Shown piece after piece: positions 1 to 9,281 of a stretch of DNA of 64,000 bases. The position numbers and the translations under genes are program-made. The stretch is taken from positions 8,106 to 72,105 of the IMG/VR virus record IMGVR_UViG_2808606532_000002. One strand, written 5' to 3'. This DNA comes from a virus. Taxonomy: Duplodnaviria; Caudoviricetes. The notes below the pieces were generated by a model. It worked only from the letters and a program-made list of their open reading frames with translations. It searched no databases and was not told where the DNA came from. Position 1 is the first letter of the stretch. Each line of letters starts with the position of its first letter.

Positions 1-2
1 AC

Positions 3-227
3 GGTTTCCGCTTTATCGCAGACCATAACAACCACGACAGCATAGATCTATCTATTTATCTAAAACTTACAGAGCGAGTGCTCGTAAAAGAAGAAAACGG
101 AAAAAATATCATTAAACACCTAGATGAACCACGCCTAAATGAATACCCAGACATTACAGAATGGCAATTATTTATTGGTAATAACCTAGTGCAAACATGG
201 CAAACAGAAAATAAAGAGCGCCCATAA
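3..227 (+). CDS. R: P2 gpR-like tail completion protein (5' partial)
   Basis: Frame 3 reads ...DLSIYLKLTERVLV... (LTERV motif of P2 R), TAA at 225-227 overlaps ATG of S. Confidence 0.75.
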   Translation, partial: GFRFIADHNNHDSIDLSIYLKLTERVLVKEENGKNIIKHLDEPRLNEYPDITEWQLFIGNNLVQTWQTENKERP

Positions 228-685
228 TGGACGAAATGTTACAAGTCAAAACGGCTTTTGATACCTTATTAAAAAATATCTCAAAAGAACGCCGCAGATT
301 GCTCTACCAACAAATCGGACGAGCACTTGCACAAAGTCAACGCAGACGCATAAAAGCACAGCAAAATCCCGACGGTTCTGCTTATGCACCTCGCAAGAAA
401 AAAGTGCGGTCAAAAAAAGGCAGAATAAAAGCGCAGACCATGTTCAAAAAAATTAGCCAAGCCAAACACATGAAACTCCGTTACCAAAAAGAAGGCATTG
501 AACTCGGCTTTAGTGGTAATACCGCCTATATCGCCAATATTCATCAGTACGGCTTAAAAGCAAGAGTAGAACGGAACAAGGCACATAAAGTGCAATACGC
601 CCAGCGTGAACTACTGGGCTTTACAGAACAAGATAGAGAAATGATAGAAGATTTTGTGGTTAAGGCGTTGGCTGATGGAATATAA
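227..685 (+). CDS. S: P2 gpS-like virion morphogenesis protein
   Basis: RIKAQQNPDGSAYAPRK, IHQYG, YAQRELLGF motifs. Confidence 0.92.
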   Translation: MDEMLQVKTAFDTLLKNISKERRRLLYQQIGRALAQSQRRRIKAQQNPDGSAYAPRKKKVRSKKGRIKAQTMFKKISQAKHMKLRYQKEGIELGFSGNTAYIANIHQYGLKARVERNKAHKVQYAQRELLGFTEQDREMIEDFVVKALADGI

Positions 686-712
686 AAAAACGGTCAGAGT
701 TGACCGCTGTAT

Positions 713-1132
713 TTAGCTGTTTTGATATTCTTTATAGGCGAAATAGCTACAACCAAATAAGAATACACCAAATAAAGAAAGTGTAAGCAAAGGATTATCT
801 GTTGAAGTAACAATAAATACGAACGGAGAAATAAGTAAGGCTAGTAGGAAAATAGCAACAGCTCCAACCAAAGGTAAAACGACAAAGGATAGCCAGAGAT
901 TTTTTGTGAGACTTACAGCCAGTTTAGTTATAGCTGGGAACTGTTGAGTAATTGCTGATGAGGCAAAATTTAATAAATAAACAACGAAACCAATCGCTGA
1001 TAACACAATAATAGCCGCAATAATATAAGGAATTACTGAAATTAACTCAGTAAATCCAACTACAATAAAAGGTAATGTCACTAAAAAGCTAACAACACTC
1101 ACTATACTAAAGAATATTGTAAAAATAGCCAT
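713..1132 (-). CDS. Moron A, multi-pass membrane protein
   Basis: About 4 hydrophobic segments; AAGGAGG SD before ATG 1132; TTGACA-18-TATGAT upstream. Confidence 0.75.
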   Translation of the reverse strand: MAIFTIFFSIVSVVSFLVTLPFIVVGFTELISVIPYIIAAIIVLSAIGFVVYLLNFASSAITQQFPAITKLAVSLTKNLWLSFVVLPLVGAVAIFLLALLISPFVFIVTSTDNPLLTLSLFGVFLFGCSYFAYKEYQNS

Positions 1133-1205
1133 AATATCCTCCTTTTTTAGCATCATAAAACGACAGTTAATTATCTGTCAATAAATAATCAATCTAGGAA
1201 TAAAT

Positions 1206-1283
1206 ATGAGTAAAGATTTAAAAATTCAAATTATGTTATCTGCAATGGATAAATTTACAGCTCCAATGGGACGAGCTGCAAAA
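1206..1283 (+). pseudogene. Orphan 5' fragment of a second tape-measure allele
   Basis: MSKDLKIQIMLSAMDKFTAPMGRAAK aligns with MSQNLKIQVLLNAIDKLTAPFRSASK at 2467; fused to S repeat copy 2. Confidence 0.85.
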
Positions 1284-1515
1284 AGAAGGCATTGAACTCG
1301 GCTTTAGTGGTAATACCGCCTATATCGCCAATATTCATCAGTACGGCTTAAAAGCAAGAGTAGAACGGAACAAGGCACATAAAGTGCAATACGCCCAGCG
1401 TGAACTACTGGGCTTTACAGAACAAGATAGAGAAATGATAGAAAATTTTGTGGTTAAGGCGTTGGCTGATGGAACATAAAAAGCAGTCAGATCAATAACT
1501 ACTCTGAAACGAGAA

Positions 1516-1908
1516 TTAACCCAGAACCCAATAACCAAATAACAACAGAAAAAGGGTAAGCGAAGCACCCATTTCCATGCTAAAACCATAATTAGCTTGT
1601 GCATCAAGGTCACAATGTCCTGTTTTTTTCTGGTAAAGCATTAATAGAAAATCAAATAGCATCATCACAGGCACAAAGGCTAAAGCTAAAAACAAACAGG
1701 CAAGCCCAATGGGAATCATCAAAAAAAGAGAGATAACGGATGTCGCTGCTAATTTTGACCAAGTAAGATCGGAGAAATCCAAGGCATAATGTCCCATAAT
1801 CAAACAGGCAATCAGCGTAAACAACATAGAAATATGCATAATATGCCCAAGCCAAAATAGTGTAAAGTTTTCCTTGTTCTGTTGAGAAGAAAAATCAGAC
1901 TGTAACAT
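1516..1908 (-). CDS. Moron B, multi-pass membrane protein
   Basis: 130 aa, strongly hydrophobic; own TTGACA on - strand at ~1956-1961. Confidence 0.7.
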   Translation of the reverse strand: MLQSDFSSQQNKENFTLFWLGHIMHISMLFTLIACLIMGHYALDFSDLTWSKLAATSVISLFLMIPIGLACLFLALAFVPVMMLFDFLLMLYQKKTGHCDLDAQANYGFSMEMGASLTLFLLLFGYWVLG

Positions 1909-2057
1909 AACAACCCCTTATTTATTTTAGGTAACTTAATTCCTTTTTTATTGAATGTCAATACGGATTAAACGAACTAAGTGCCTAGCATTCTTAGCCA
2001 ATAAATAGATTATTCCACATCAAATGGGAGAAAAAGAATGAACAAAAATTTAGATGC

Positions 2058-2125
2058 GTAGGGTGCGCTTTAGCGCACCAATTAAATTAATCTATTTGAT
2101 AATGGTGCGCTAAAGCGCCCCCTAC
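2058..2125. repeat. GTAG-type REP doublet (REPIN-like inverted repeat)
   Basis: gtagggtgcgctttagcgcacca ... tggtgcgctaaagcgccccctac. Confidence 0.8.
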
Positions 2126-2129
2126 TAAA

Positions 2130-2390
2130 CTATCGAAGGGAATTATAGTTAGGCCCGAATTTACCAATAAAAAACAATGTAGCAAGGATGCAAATAACAC
2201 TCAACAGCCAACTATCAATATAAATAAAAGTTAGGAGTAAAACACTCACTAATAGCCCAATATGCCAATGTTTTATACAAAAATAAAGGGTTTCTAAGAG
2301 TATAGAAAGAAATGAGATACCAATGGATAAGGTAAAGCAGAGAGCCAAGAATATTAAAATAGGTACTAATAAGATAAATAGTCCAGACAT
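2130..2390 (-). CDS. Moron C, small membrane protein
   Basis: 86 aa hydrophobic; AGGAGG SD; TTGACA on - strand at ~2436-2441. Confidence 0.7.
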   Translation of the reverse strand: MSGLFILLVPILIFLALCFTLSIGISFLSILLETLYFCIKHWHIGLLVSVLLLTFIYIDSWLLSVICILATLFFIGKFGPNYNSLR

Positions 2391-2466
2391 ATATCCTCCT
2401 TTTTTTGAAAGAGATTACGCCATTTTTATTAGATATGTCAATTATTATTGATAAAGAGAGAAAACC

Positions 2467-5116
2467 ATGAGTCAAAATCTAAAAATACAAGTATTGCTGA
2501 ATGCGATTGATAAATTGACAGCTCCTTTTCGCAGTGCATCAAAACAAATAAAATCAACATCATCAGCAATAAAAGCCAATAAAAACTTATTAAAAAAATT
2601 AGAAAGTGCGCAAGAACGAGTTAAAAAAACAGGTTTACCACAAGCGCAAGAAAGGCTAAAAAATAAAATTGAGCAAACCACTCAAGCGATAAAGAAACAA
2701 AACCAAGCACTTGATAGATTAAATAAACAAGCCAAAAAGCAAGCTCAATATGATGCAAATGTAAAATTACTAAAAAAGGCGAACCAATTTACTTCTAACT
2801 TTGGACAGAGTTCAATGATGCATGGCGCAGCGGTATTAGGAGGTGGTTCATTTGCAATGAAACCAGCTTTAAATTTTGAAGAAGAATTTTCCAGAGTGCA
2901 GTCGCTGACTAGACTCGATAAAACAAAAGACGCAGAAAAAATAAAACAACTACGCGACCAAGCTAAGCACTTAGGTGCAACAACATCTTTTACTTCTGGT
3001 GATGTGGCAGCAGGACAAAGTTATTTAGCAATGGCTGGGTTTAACCAACGTCAAATTTTAGATTCTATGCCGTCAATACTAAATATGACTAAAGCTGCTG
3101 GAATGGAAATGGGACGAGTATCTGATATTAGTTCTGATATATCTTCCGGATTTAAGATACCAGCAGAAGAAATGAATAGAGTTGCTGATGTGCTAACTTT
3201 AACTTTTACGTCATCGAATACAAATCTTGAATTATTGGGTGAGACAATGAAATATCTCGGCCCAATCGCATCATCAACAGGACAAGATTTTGAAACGATG
3301 TCTGCTATGGTTGGATTACTGGGTAATGTGGGGATAAAAGGTTCTCAAGCTGGTACATCGTTGAGAGCGGCAATGTTGCGATTGGCGGGTCCTCCTAAAC
3401 AGGCTAAAGAGGCATTAGATAAGTTAGGTGTATCCGCTAAAGATGCAAAAGGTAATATGCGTTCAATGACGGATATTTTAATTGATGTCAGCAAAAAAAC
3501 CGAAAAAATGGGTAGTGCTAAAAAAATGGAGTACTACAAAGCCATTTTTGGAGCTGAAGCAGCCACGGCAATGGTTGAATTAGTAAATCAAGCAGGGACA
3601 AAAGGAATTCAAGAATTTGCAGAACAATTAAAAAATGCGTCTGGAACAGCAGAAAAAGTAGCTAAAACAATGTCAGATAATGTCATTGGTGATTTAAAAA
3701 ATTTACAAAGTGTAGCTGAGTCTATCTCAATTTCTATTTTTGATGAAACAAATAGCGAAATTAGAGAAATGATCCAGCTGTTAAGTGGAGCCTTAAGGGA
3801 GATCAATGAATGGATAAAGCAAAATCCCAAACTTACCGCAACTATTATGAAATGGTTTGCTGGATTAGGCTTAGGGCTAGTTGTAATTGGTGCTTTAAAC
3901 TTAGCATTGAGTTATTTGTTTTATCCTGTTTGGCGGATGATTTTACTTTTAAGCAAATTAAGCGAGGCATGGACATTTGGTAAGGTATTATTATTCGGCA
4001 AAACCCTAGCAGATGGTTCAAAGAAAGCAGGCTTATTTGCAAAAGCGGGCAATTTATTAGGGCGAGTTTGGAAAGCGGTTCCTAAAGTATTTTCTACCGC
4101 ATGGAAATTTGTGGTAATGCTTGGACAAAATTTCGTTAAATATATCCTACTCTTTGGCAAAACCTTAATTAGCGTGATACCTAAAATTATGGCATTTAGT
4201 GCCGCTCTCTTCACTAATCCAATCTTTTGGGTTATTGCGGGAATTGTTGCCTTAATCGCTGGATTATATTTACTTTGGAAACATTGGGACAAAGTCAAAA
4301 AAGCCTTAATTGCTGGTTGGAATTGGGTTAGCCAAATCTTTGAACAAAATCCGATTTTAAATGTGTTATTCCCAATTGTGCCACTTATTAAAGGTATTAT
4401 CTGGGTAATTCAAAATTGGGGGGGTAATTGTTGATACAGTAAGTAATGCAATCAGCGGTGCTTGGGAAAAACTCAAAACCAAAGCAAGTGAGGTATGGAC
4501 AAGTATTAAAAATTGGTTTGCAGATGCCTTAAAACCGCTTGAAAGTCTAAAAAGTGGTGTGCAATGGCTTATAGATAATCTCAGTAAAATTTCATGGGAC
4601 GGCATTAAGCAAGGTGCAAAAGACCTTGGCAATAACATCAAAAACTATGCTGATGAAAAAGCGACTCAGGCAGGTAATTGGGCTCGTGACAAATGGCAAA
4701 GAACTAAAGATTTTTTTAGTTTTAGCTCGGGTGGTTATACTGGCAACGGTGGCAAATACGCCCCAGCTGGTATCGTACATAAAGGCGAATATGTCATGAC
4801 CAAAGAAACAACATCACGCCTTGGTGTACCTCTACTTAATGCTCTTAACTACGGTAAAAAAGCCATGCTGACGGCTGGCGTGGGAATGACGGTTGCCACG
4901 GCACAACCTTTTGTTATTGATAACAGACCGCCATTAAATCCAAGCGCCACGCATAATCCACAAAGCACAAGCCAACCGATGCAAGTGACTATTAATATCA
5001 ATGCAACGACAGGACAAAGTGCTGTAGATATTGCAAGAGAAGTGGAAAAAGCCTTAGTGCGTATTGAGCAACAAAAACAAGCTCGTGTAAGATCCAGTTT
5101 AAGAGATAGAGATTAA
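2467..5116 (+). pseudogene. T: Tail tape measure protein (TP901-type core), frameshifted at G7 4418-4424
   Basis: GIKGSQAGTSLR core, Trp-rich repeats, C-terminal GGYTGNGGKYAPAGIVHKGEYV; removing one G joins ORFs 2467-4434 and 4559-5116 into 882 aa. Confidence 0.9.
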
Positions 5117-5118
5117 TT

Positions 5119-5140
5119 AAAAGGGCGAAAGCCCTTTTTT
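5119..5140 (+). terminator. Intrinsic terminator after T
   Basis: aaagggc-gaaa-gccctttttt. Confidence 0.8.
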
Positions 5141-5234
5141 ATTGAAAAAAGTCTTTATTTCATAGAAAAAATCAAGTAATTTGTTGCTCAAGGAGCCGAA
5201 AAGCTATAATATTGTGCAAATTTTTGGGGGAACA

Positions 5235-5816
5235 ATGACAAATTTTTCATTAAATCCTATTTTTGATGGATTAAAGCCGATATTTGCACAATGCAAAATA
5301 GCCGTGATGTCCGTTTTTATTCTCTCTCCAGTGGCATTTAGTGCCACTCAAAGCAACGTTGTTGAAAATAAACCTATTCAAATTCGTGGCATTAATGCAA
5401 TATCGCAACATACCAATACTGAATTAAATCAGTTTATTGATAATATGATTGGGTTAATTAATACCATTAATCCTTTTATTGATTTTACTACCCAAATTGC
5501 CTATGAAATGGGGGCATTAATTACCGACCAAGATTTAATTGAGTTGGAACAAAGATTAAAAGACTTTAATCAAATTACACAACAAATAAAAGTGAATATG
5601 CCACAATCTATTGAAAAAAATAAAATCTTTGTTGAAAAGTTGATGTCTCTTAGCCAAAAAATGACAATATTCTCTCAAGTTGTTAAAAGTGTAAAGTATA
5701 AAGCCATATCAGATAAAGTTGTTTCTACTCGCATTTATCAGGGAGAAGAAAGTATCGGTTATAGATTTAATGCCGAACATAATTTTGATGAGTTCAAAAA
5801 ATTGATATTAGCGTAG
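5235..5816 (+). CDS. Hypothetical moron protein (first gene of a two-gene cassette)
   Basis: ORF with TATAAT at 5205-5210; ATG 5235 after GGGGG SD. Confidence 0.7.
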   Translation: MTNFSLNPIFDGLKPIFAQCKIAVMSVFILSPVAFSATQSNVVENKPIQIRGINAISQHTNTELNQFIDNMIGLINTINPFIDFTTQIAYEMGALITDQDLIELEQRLKDFNQITQQIKVNMPQSIEKNKIFVEKLMSLSQKMTIFSQVVKSVKYKAISDKVVSTRIYQGEESIGYRFNAEHNFDEFKKLILA

Positions 5817-5821
5817 CAATT

Positions 5822-6262
5822 ATGGCTGAGATGATAATTGACTTATCTGGAGAATTTAAGGAAGGGCGTTTGAATACGCCTTTTTTTAAAGACGTTCAGT
5901 ATATGAATGAGGATGAATTAAAAATCCTTTTCCAATTTATGCAAGATGTGGGGACATGAAAACCATTACGGGGTAAAAATAAACCATCTTGGCTCAATGA
6001 TAACCTTGATAGACTTCCTAATACTGAATTTTATGAACAACATAACATTTGGCATTATCATTGTGGTCCTTATCCTGAAAGCACTCGCTTAAACCAAATC
6101 CGCCATTTAAAATTTAATTTGAATGGAGAAACATCAAGCGCAGTTATTCATTATCAAAAAATAAGTGATAACCATATCTTTATATTAGCTTATTCGCCAC
6201 AGCATGAGCCTTTTCCTAAAGAAAGTGATATACCTAATCCATTATTACAAAGATTAAAATAG
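5822..6262 (+). pseudogene. 146-codon toxin-like gene (WHYHCG motif) with in-frame TGA at 5957-5959
   Basis: Frame stays open on both sides of the TGA: ...QDVGT*KPLRGKNKPSW...NIWHYHCGP...TSSAVIHY. Confidence 0.7.
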
Positions 6263-6324
6263 ATTCATATTTGTCTGCTCAATCAAATAGTGTTAGGATT
6301 GTGAAAATTAAAGCGGAGGTTTAT

Positions 6325-6504
6325 ATGTTGCTGAAAGAAAAAGGCTATGATGATTTTGTCAAAGATTGCGTACAAAAAGGGCGTGATGAATTAGATGCAG
6401 GACTAGGTGTTAGTCTAGAACAGGCAAAAGAAAGTTCACGTAAACTGATTGAACGTAAAGCAAAAGAATTAGAAAGCCTTAACGGAAAAGTGGCTTATGC
6501 CTAA
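6325..6504 (+). CDS. Putative antitoxin of RelE/ParE pair
   Basis: Small charged ORF, GGAGG SD, overlaps toxin start. Confidence 0.7.
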   Translation: MLLKEKGYDDFVKDCVQKGRDELDAGLGVSLEQAKESSRKLIERKAKELESLNGKVAYA

Positions 6505-6781
6505 AGTTATCATTCTTCCACAAGCCTTAAATCAAATTAATGAAATCATTGAAAATGTTATTGAATTTACAGGCTATGAAGCAAGTGGCATTCGTTTATT
6601 TGAAGATATTTACGATAAAATAGATCAAATTGCATTTATGCCTCTTGCGGCAGGTCGCTTAAGAGATGATGGAACTAGAGAGGCTTTTGTTAGACGTTAT
6701 CGTATTGTCTATGAAATTAAAGAAAATCATATTTTTATCTTAACTGTTATCCATAGCAGCCGAATTTACCCTCAACCATAA
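6497..6781 (+). CDS. RelE/ParE family toxin
   Basis: MP.AGR..DGTRE..RYRIVYEI..ILTVIHSSR. Confidence 0.88.
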   Translation: MPKVIILPQALNQINEIIENVIEFTGYEASGIRLFEDIYDKIDQIAFMPLAAGRLRDDGTREAFVRRYRIVYEIKENHIFILTVIHSSRIYPQP

Positions 6782-6894
6782 AGCGAGATTTACTCGCTTT
6801 TTGTTATCTCCATTTTAACAATTCCCCATACTACTCAAGTACGCTTAAATTTCTCAAAATGCTCTTTATTTCATATTGAGAAACGGTAATTGCG

Positions 6895-7473
6895 ATGCAA
6901 GCGGAATTTAACCGAAAATTAGAAAATATTGTGCGCTACGGTGTCGTAGCGGAAGTGGATCATGAAAAACGCCGTGCAAAAGTAAAAACGGGCAATATCT
7001 TAACAGATTGGTTGCCTTGGTGTGCCCTCCGTGCTGGAACCACTAAAATCTGGTCACCAGTAACAAAAGGCGAACAAGTTATTCTTATCTCCCCAGCTGG
7101 CGAAATTAATAGCGGTTTTATTTTATCCGCTCTCTATACTTTTGAATTTGATACGCCGAGCTATTCACCCGATGAACATGTTATTCAATTTGCTGATAAT
7201 GCAACAATTCAGTACAACCAAGCCACAGGCGAACTAAAAGTCAGAGGAATAAAAACCGCACTTATTGAGGCTAGCACCAGTGTAACCCTCAAAACGCCAT
7301 TAGTTCATTGCACGCAAGATGTAAATGTTGACGGTAATGTCAATATTAAAGGTTCTGTTTCTGCACAAGGTGACATTCAAGCACAAGGCGACATAACCGC
7401 AGGCACAGTATCGCTTAAAAACCATACTCATCAAGGCGATAGTGGCGGCATAACAGGAGCGCCAAATGGATAA
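6895..7473 (+). CDS. V: Baseplate spike gpV
   Basis: TDWLPW, GEQV, C-terminal HTH Fe-binding motif. Confidence 0.93.
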   Translation: MQAEFNRKLENIVRYGVVAEVDHEKRRAKVKTGNILTDWLPWCALRAGTTKIWSPVTKGEQVILISPAGEINSGFILSALYTFEFDTPSYSPDEHVIQFADNATIQYNQATGELKVRGIKTALIEASTSVTLKTPLVHCTQDVNVDGNVNIKGSVSAQGDIQAQGDITAGTVSLKNHTHQGDSGGITGAPNG

Positions 7474-7822
7474 AAATACAGGGCGTTATTGCGATAACGA
7501 AAATGCACATCTACGGCAATCCATTTCAGATATTTTACTTACGCCCATTGGATCACGTATTCAGCGACGTGATTATGGCAGTTATATTTTTGAGCTTATC
7601 GACCGCCCTATTTCAAAAGCCTTAATGTTGCAACTGGCTGTGGCATCTGTCATTGCCTTAAAAAAATGGGAACCTCGCATAGAAGTGACTCGCTTTTATG
7701 TCGATATTGAACCAGAACAGGCCAAGATAACGGCGAATATGGACTTTATCCGCAAAGAAGACAAAGAAAAAATAAACTTTAATCAAATTGTATTAGGGAC
7801 AAGAAATGAGCGAACTCGTTGA
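7466..7822 (+). CDS. W: Baseplate gpW/gp25 family
   Basis: HLRQSISDILLTPIGSR.RRDYGS; WEPRI. Confidence 0.93.
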   Translation: MDKNTGRYCDNENAHLRQSISDILLTPIGSRIQRRDYGSYIFELIDRPISKALMLQLAVASVIALKKWEPRIEVTRFYVDIEPEQAKITANMDFIRKEDKEKINFNQIVLGTRNERTR

Positions 7823-8720
7823 TTTATCTAGGTTAGATGCGCCAAAAGTCCTAGAAAATCTGGATTTTGAACAACTTCTTGCGCAACGCAAGGCGCAATT
7901 TATCGCCCTCTATCCAGCGGATAAACAAGCCTATTGGCAAACAGTGTTATCTCTCGAGAGCGAACCAATTAACAAACTATTGCAAGAAAATTGTTATTTA
8001 CAGTTATTGGAGCGCAAACGTATTAATGAGGCAGCAAAAGCAACCATGCTAGCTTATGCAACAGGCTCAGATCTTGACGTTATTGCCGCTAATTTTAACG
8101 TGAAACGCTTGGTCATACAGGAGGCAGATTACAGTGTTAATCCGCCAATAGAACAAGAACTGGAAAGTGATACTGACTTACGTTTACGTTGCCAATTGGC
8201 ATTTGAAGGCTTATCTGTTGCTGGTCCTCGTTCTGCTTATGTGTTTCATGCGTTATCTGCCCATGCTGATGTTGCCGATGTTTCTGTTGTATCGCCTTCG
8301 CCAGCCAATGTGACAGTGACAATTTTAGCCAAACAAGGCAATGGTACCGCCAATGAAGACGTATTAAACGCAGTTACTAAACGGCTAAATGATGAAAGCA
8401 TTCGCCCTATTGCAGATCGTGTCATGGTGCAAAGTGCAACTATTCATAATTACCAAATTCATGCCAAGTTACATATTTATCGTGGTCCAGAATATGAACC
8501 CATAAAAAAAGAGGCGCAAGCAAAAATCCAAAAATATACCGAAGATAAGCGCAGATTGGGGCGAGATATTACCTTATCGGGTATCTATGCCGCCTTACAT
8601 ATCGAAGGGGTACAACGAGTGGAATTATTACAACCACAAGCAGATATTGTCTTACCGAATAATAAAGCGGGCTTTTGCAATAACATCAACATTGAACTGG
8701 TAACCGCAGATGATTATTGA
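7806..8720 (+). CDS. J: Baseplate gpJ
   Basis: DLSRLDAP, ESDTDLRLR, SVAGPRSAY. Confidence 0.95.
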   Translation: MSELVDLSRLDAPKVLENLDFEQLLAQRKAQFIALYPADKQAYWQTVLSLESEPINKLLQENCYLQLLERKRINEAAKATMLAYATGSDLDVIAANFNVKRLVIQEADYSVNPPIEQELESDTDLRLRCQLAFEGLSVAGPRSAYVFHALSAHADVADVSVVSPSPANVTVTILAKQGNGTANEDVLNAVTKRLNDESIRPIADRVMVQSATIHNYQIHAKLHIYRGPEYEPIKKEAQAKIQKYTEDKRRLGRDITLSGIYAALHIEGVQRVELLQPQADIVLPNNKAGFCNNINIELVTADDY

Positions 8721-9264
8721 TGAAACTATCCCAAAAGTAACCGCACTTTTGCCTTTAGGCAGTAGTGAATTAGAGCGTAAGGCAGCCGAAGTTTTACAGT
8801 TCGCTGTCCGCAATCCCATTATTATTGCAGATTTAATTAATCCAGAACGTTGCCCTGTTAATCTTTTACCTTATTTAGCTTGGGCATTTAGCGTCGATAA
8901 ATGGGACGAACATTGGACAGAAGAAGTTAAACGCATTGCCATTAAACAGGCTTTTTTAATCCACAAATACAAAGGCACGATTAGCGCCATTAGACGAGTC
9001 GTTGAGCCAATCGGCTATTTAGTGGAATTAAAAGAATGGTTCAATATGCAACCGCAAGGCACTCCGGGAGCATTTAGTATCACAGTTGAGGTATCTGAAA
9101 GCGGATTAAATGAACAAACCTATAACGAATTAGTGCGACTTATTGATGATGCGAAACCTGTATCACGCCACTTAATTCAACTCGCCATTGCTATATCACC
9201 AACAGGCAATTTAAATCATTTTATTGGGCAATATAGTGGCGAAATTATCACAATCTATCCATAG
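8710..9264 (+). CDS. I: Tail protein gpI
   Basis: LLPYLAWAFSVDKWD, KGT, KPVSRH. Confidence 0.95.
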   Translation: MIIDETIPKVTALLPLGSSELERKAAEVLQFAVRNPIIIADLINPERCPVNLLPYLAWAFSVDKWDEHWTEEVKRIAIKQAFLIHKYKGTISAIRRVVEPIGYLVELKEWFNMQPQGTPGAFSITVEVSESGLNEQTYNELVRLIDDAKPVSRHLIQLAIAISPTGNLNHFIGQYSGEIITIYP

Positions 9265-9281
9265 ATAACCAAGGAAAGAAC

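Larger units (their letters stand above)
485..1482 (+). repeat. ~200-bp direct repeat of the 3' end of S (485-~687 and 1279-~1482)
   Basis: caaaaagaaggcattgaactc...gctgatggaa[t/c]ataa present twice, 2 mismatches seen. Confidence 0.95.

Noticed and set aside
1338-1613. 91-aa - strand ORF
   Set aside because: Mostly the antisense shadow of the duplicated S fragment, and it overlaps moron B
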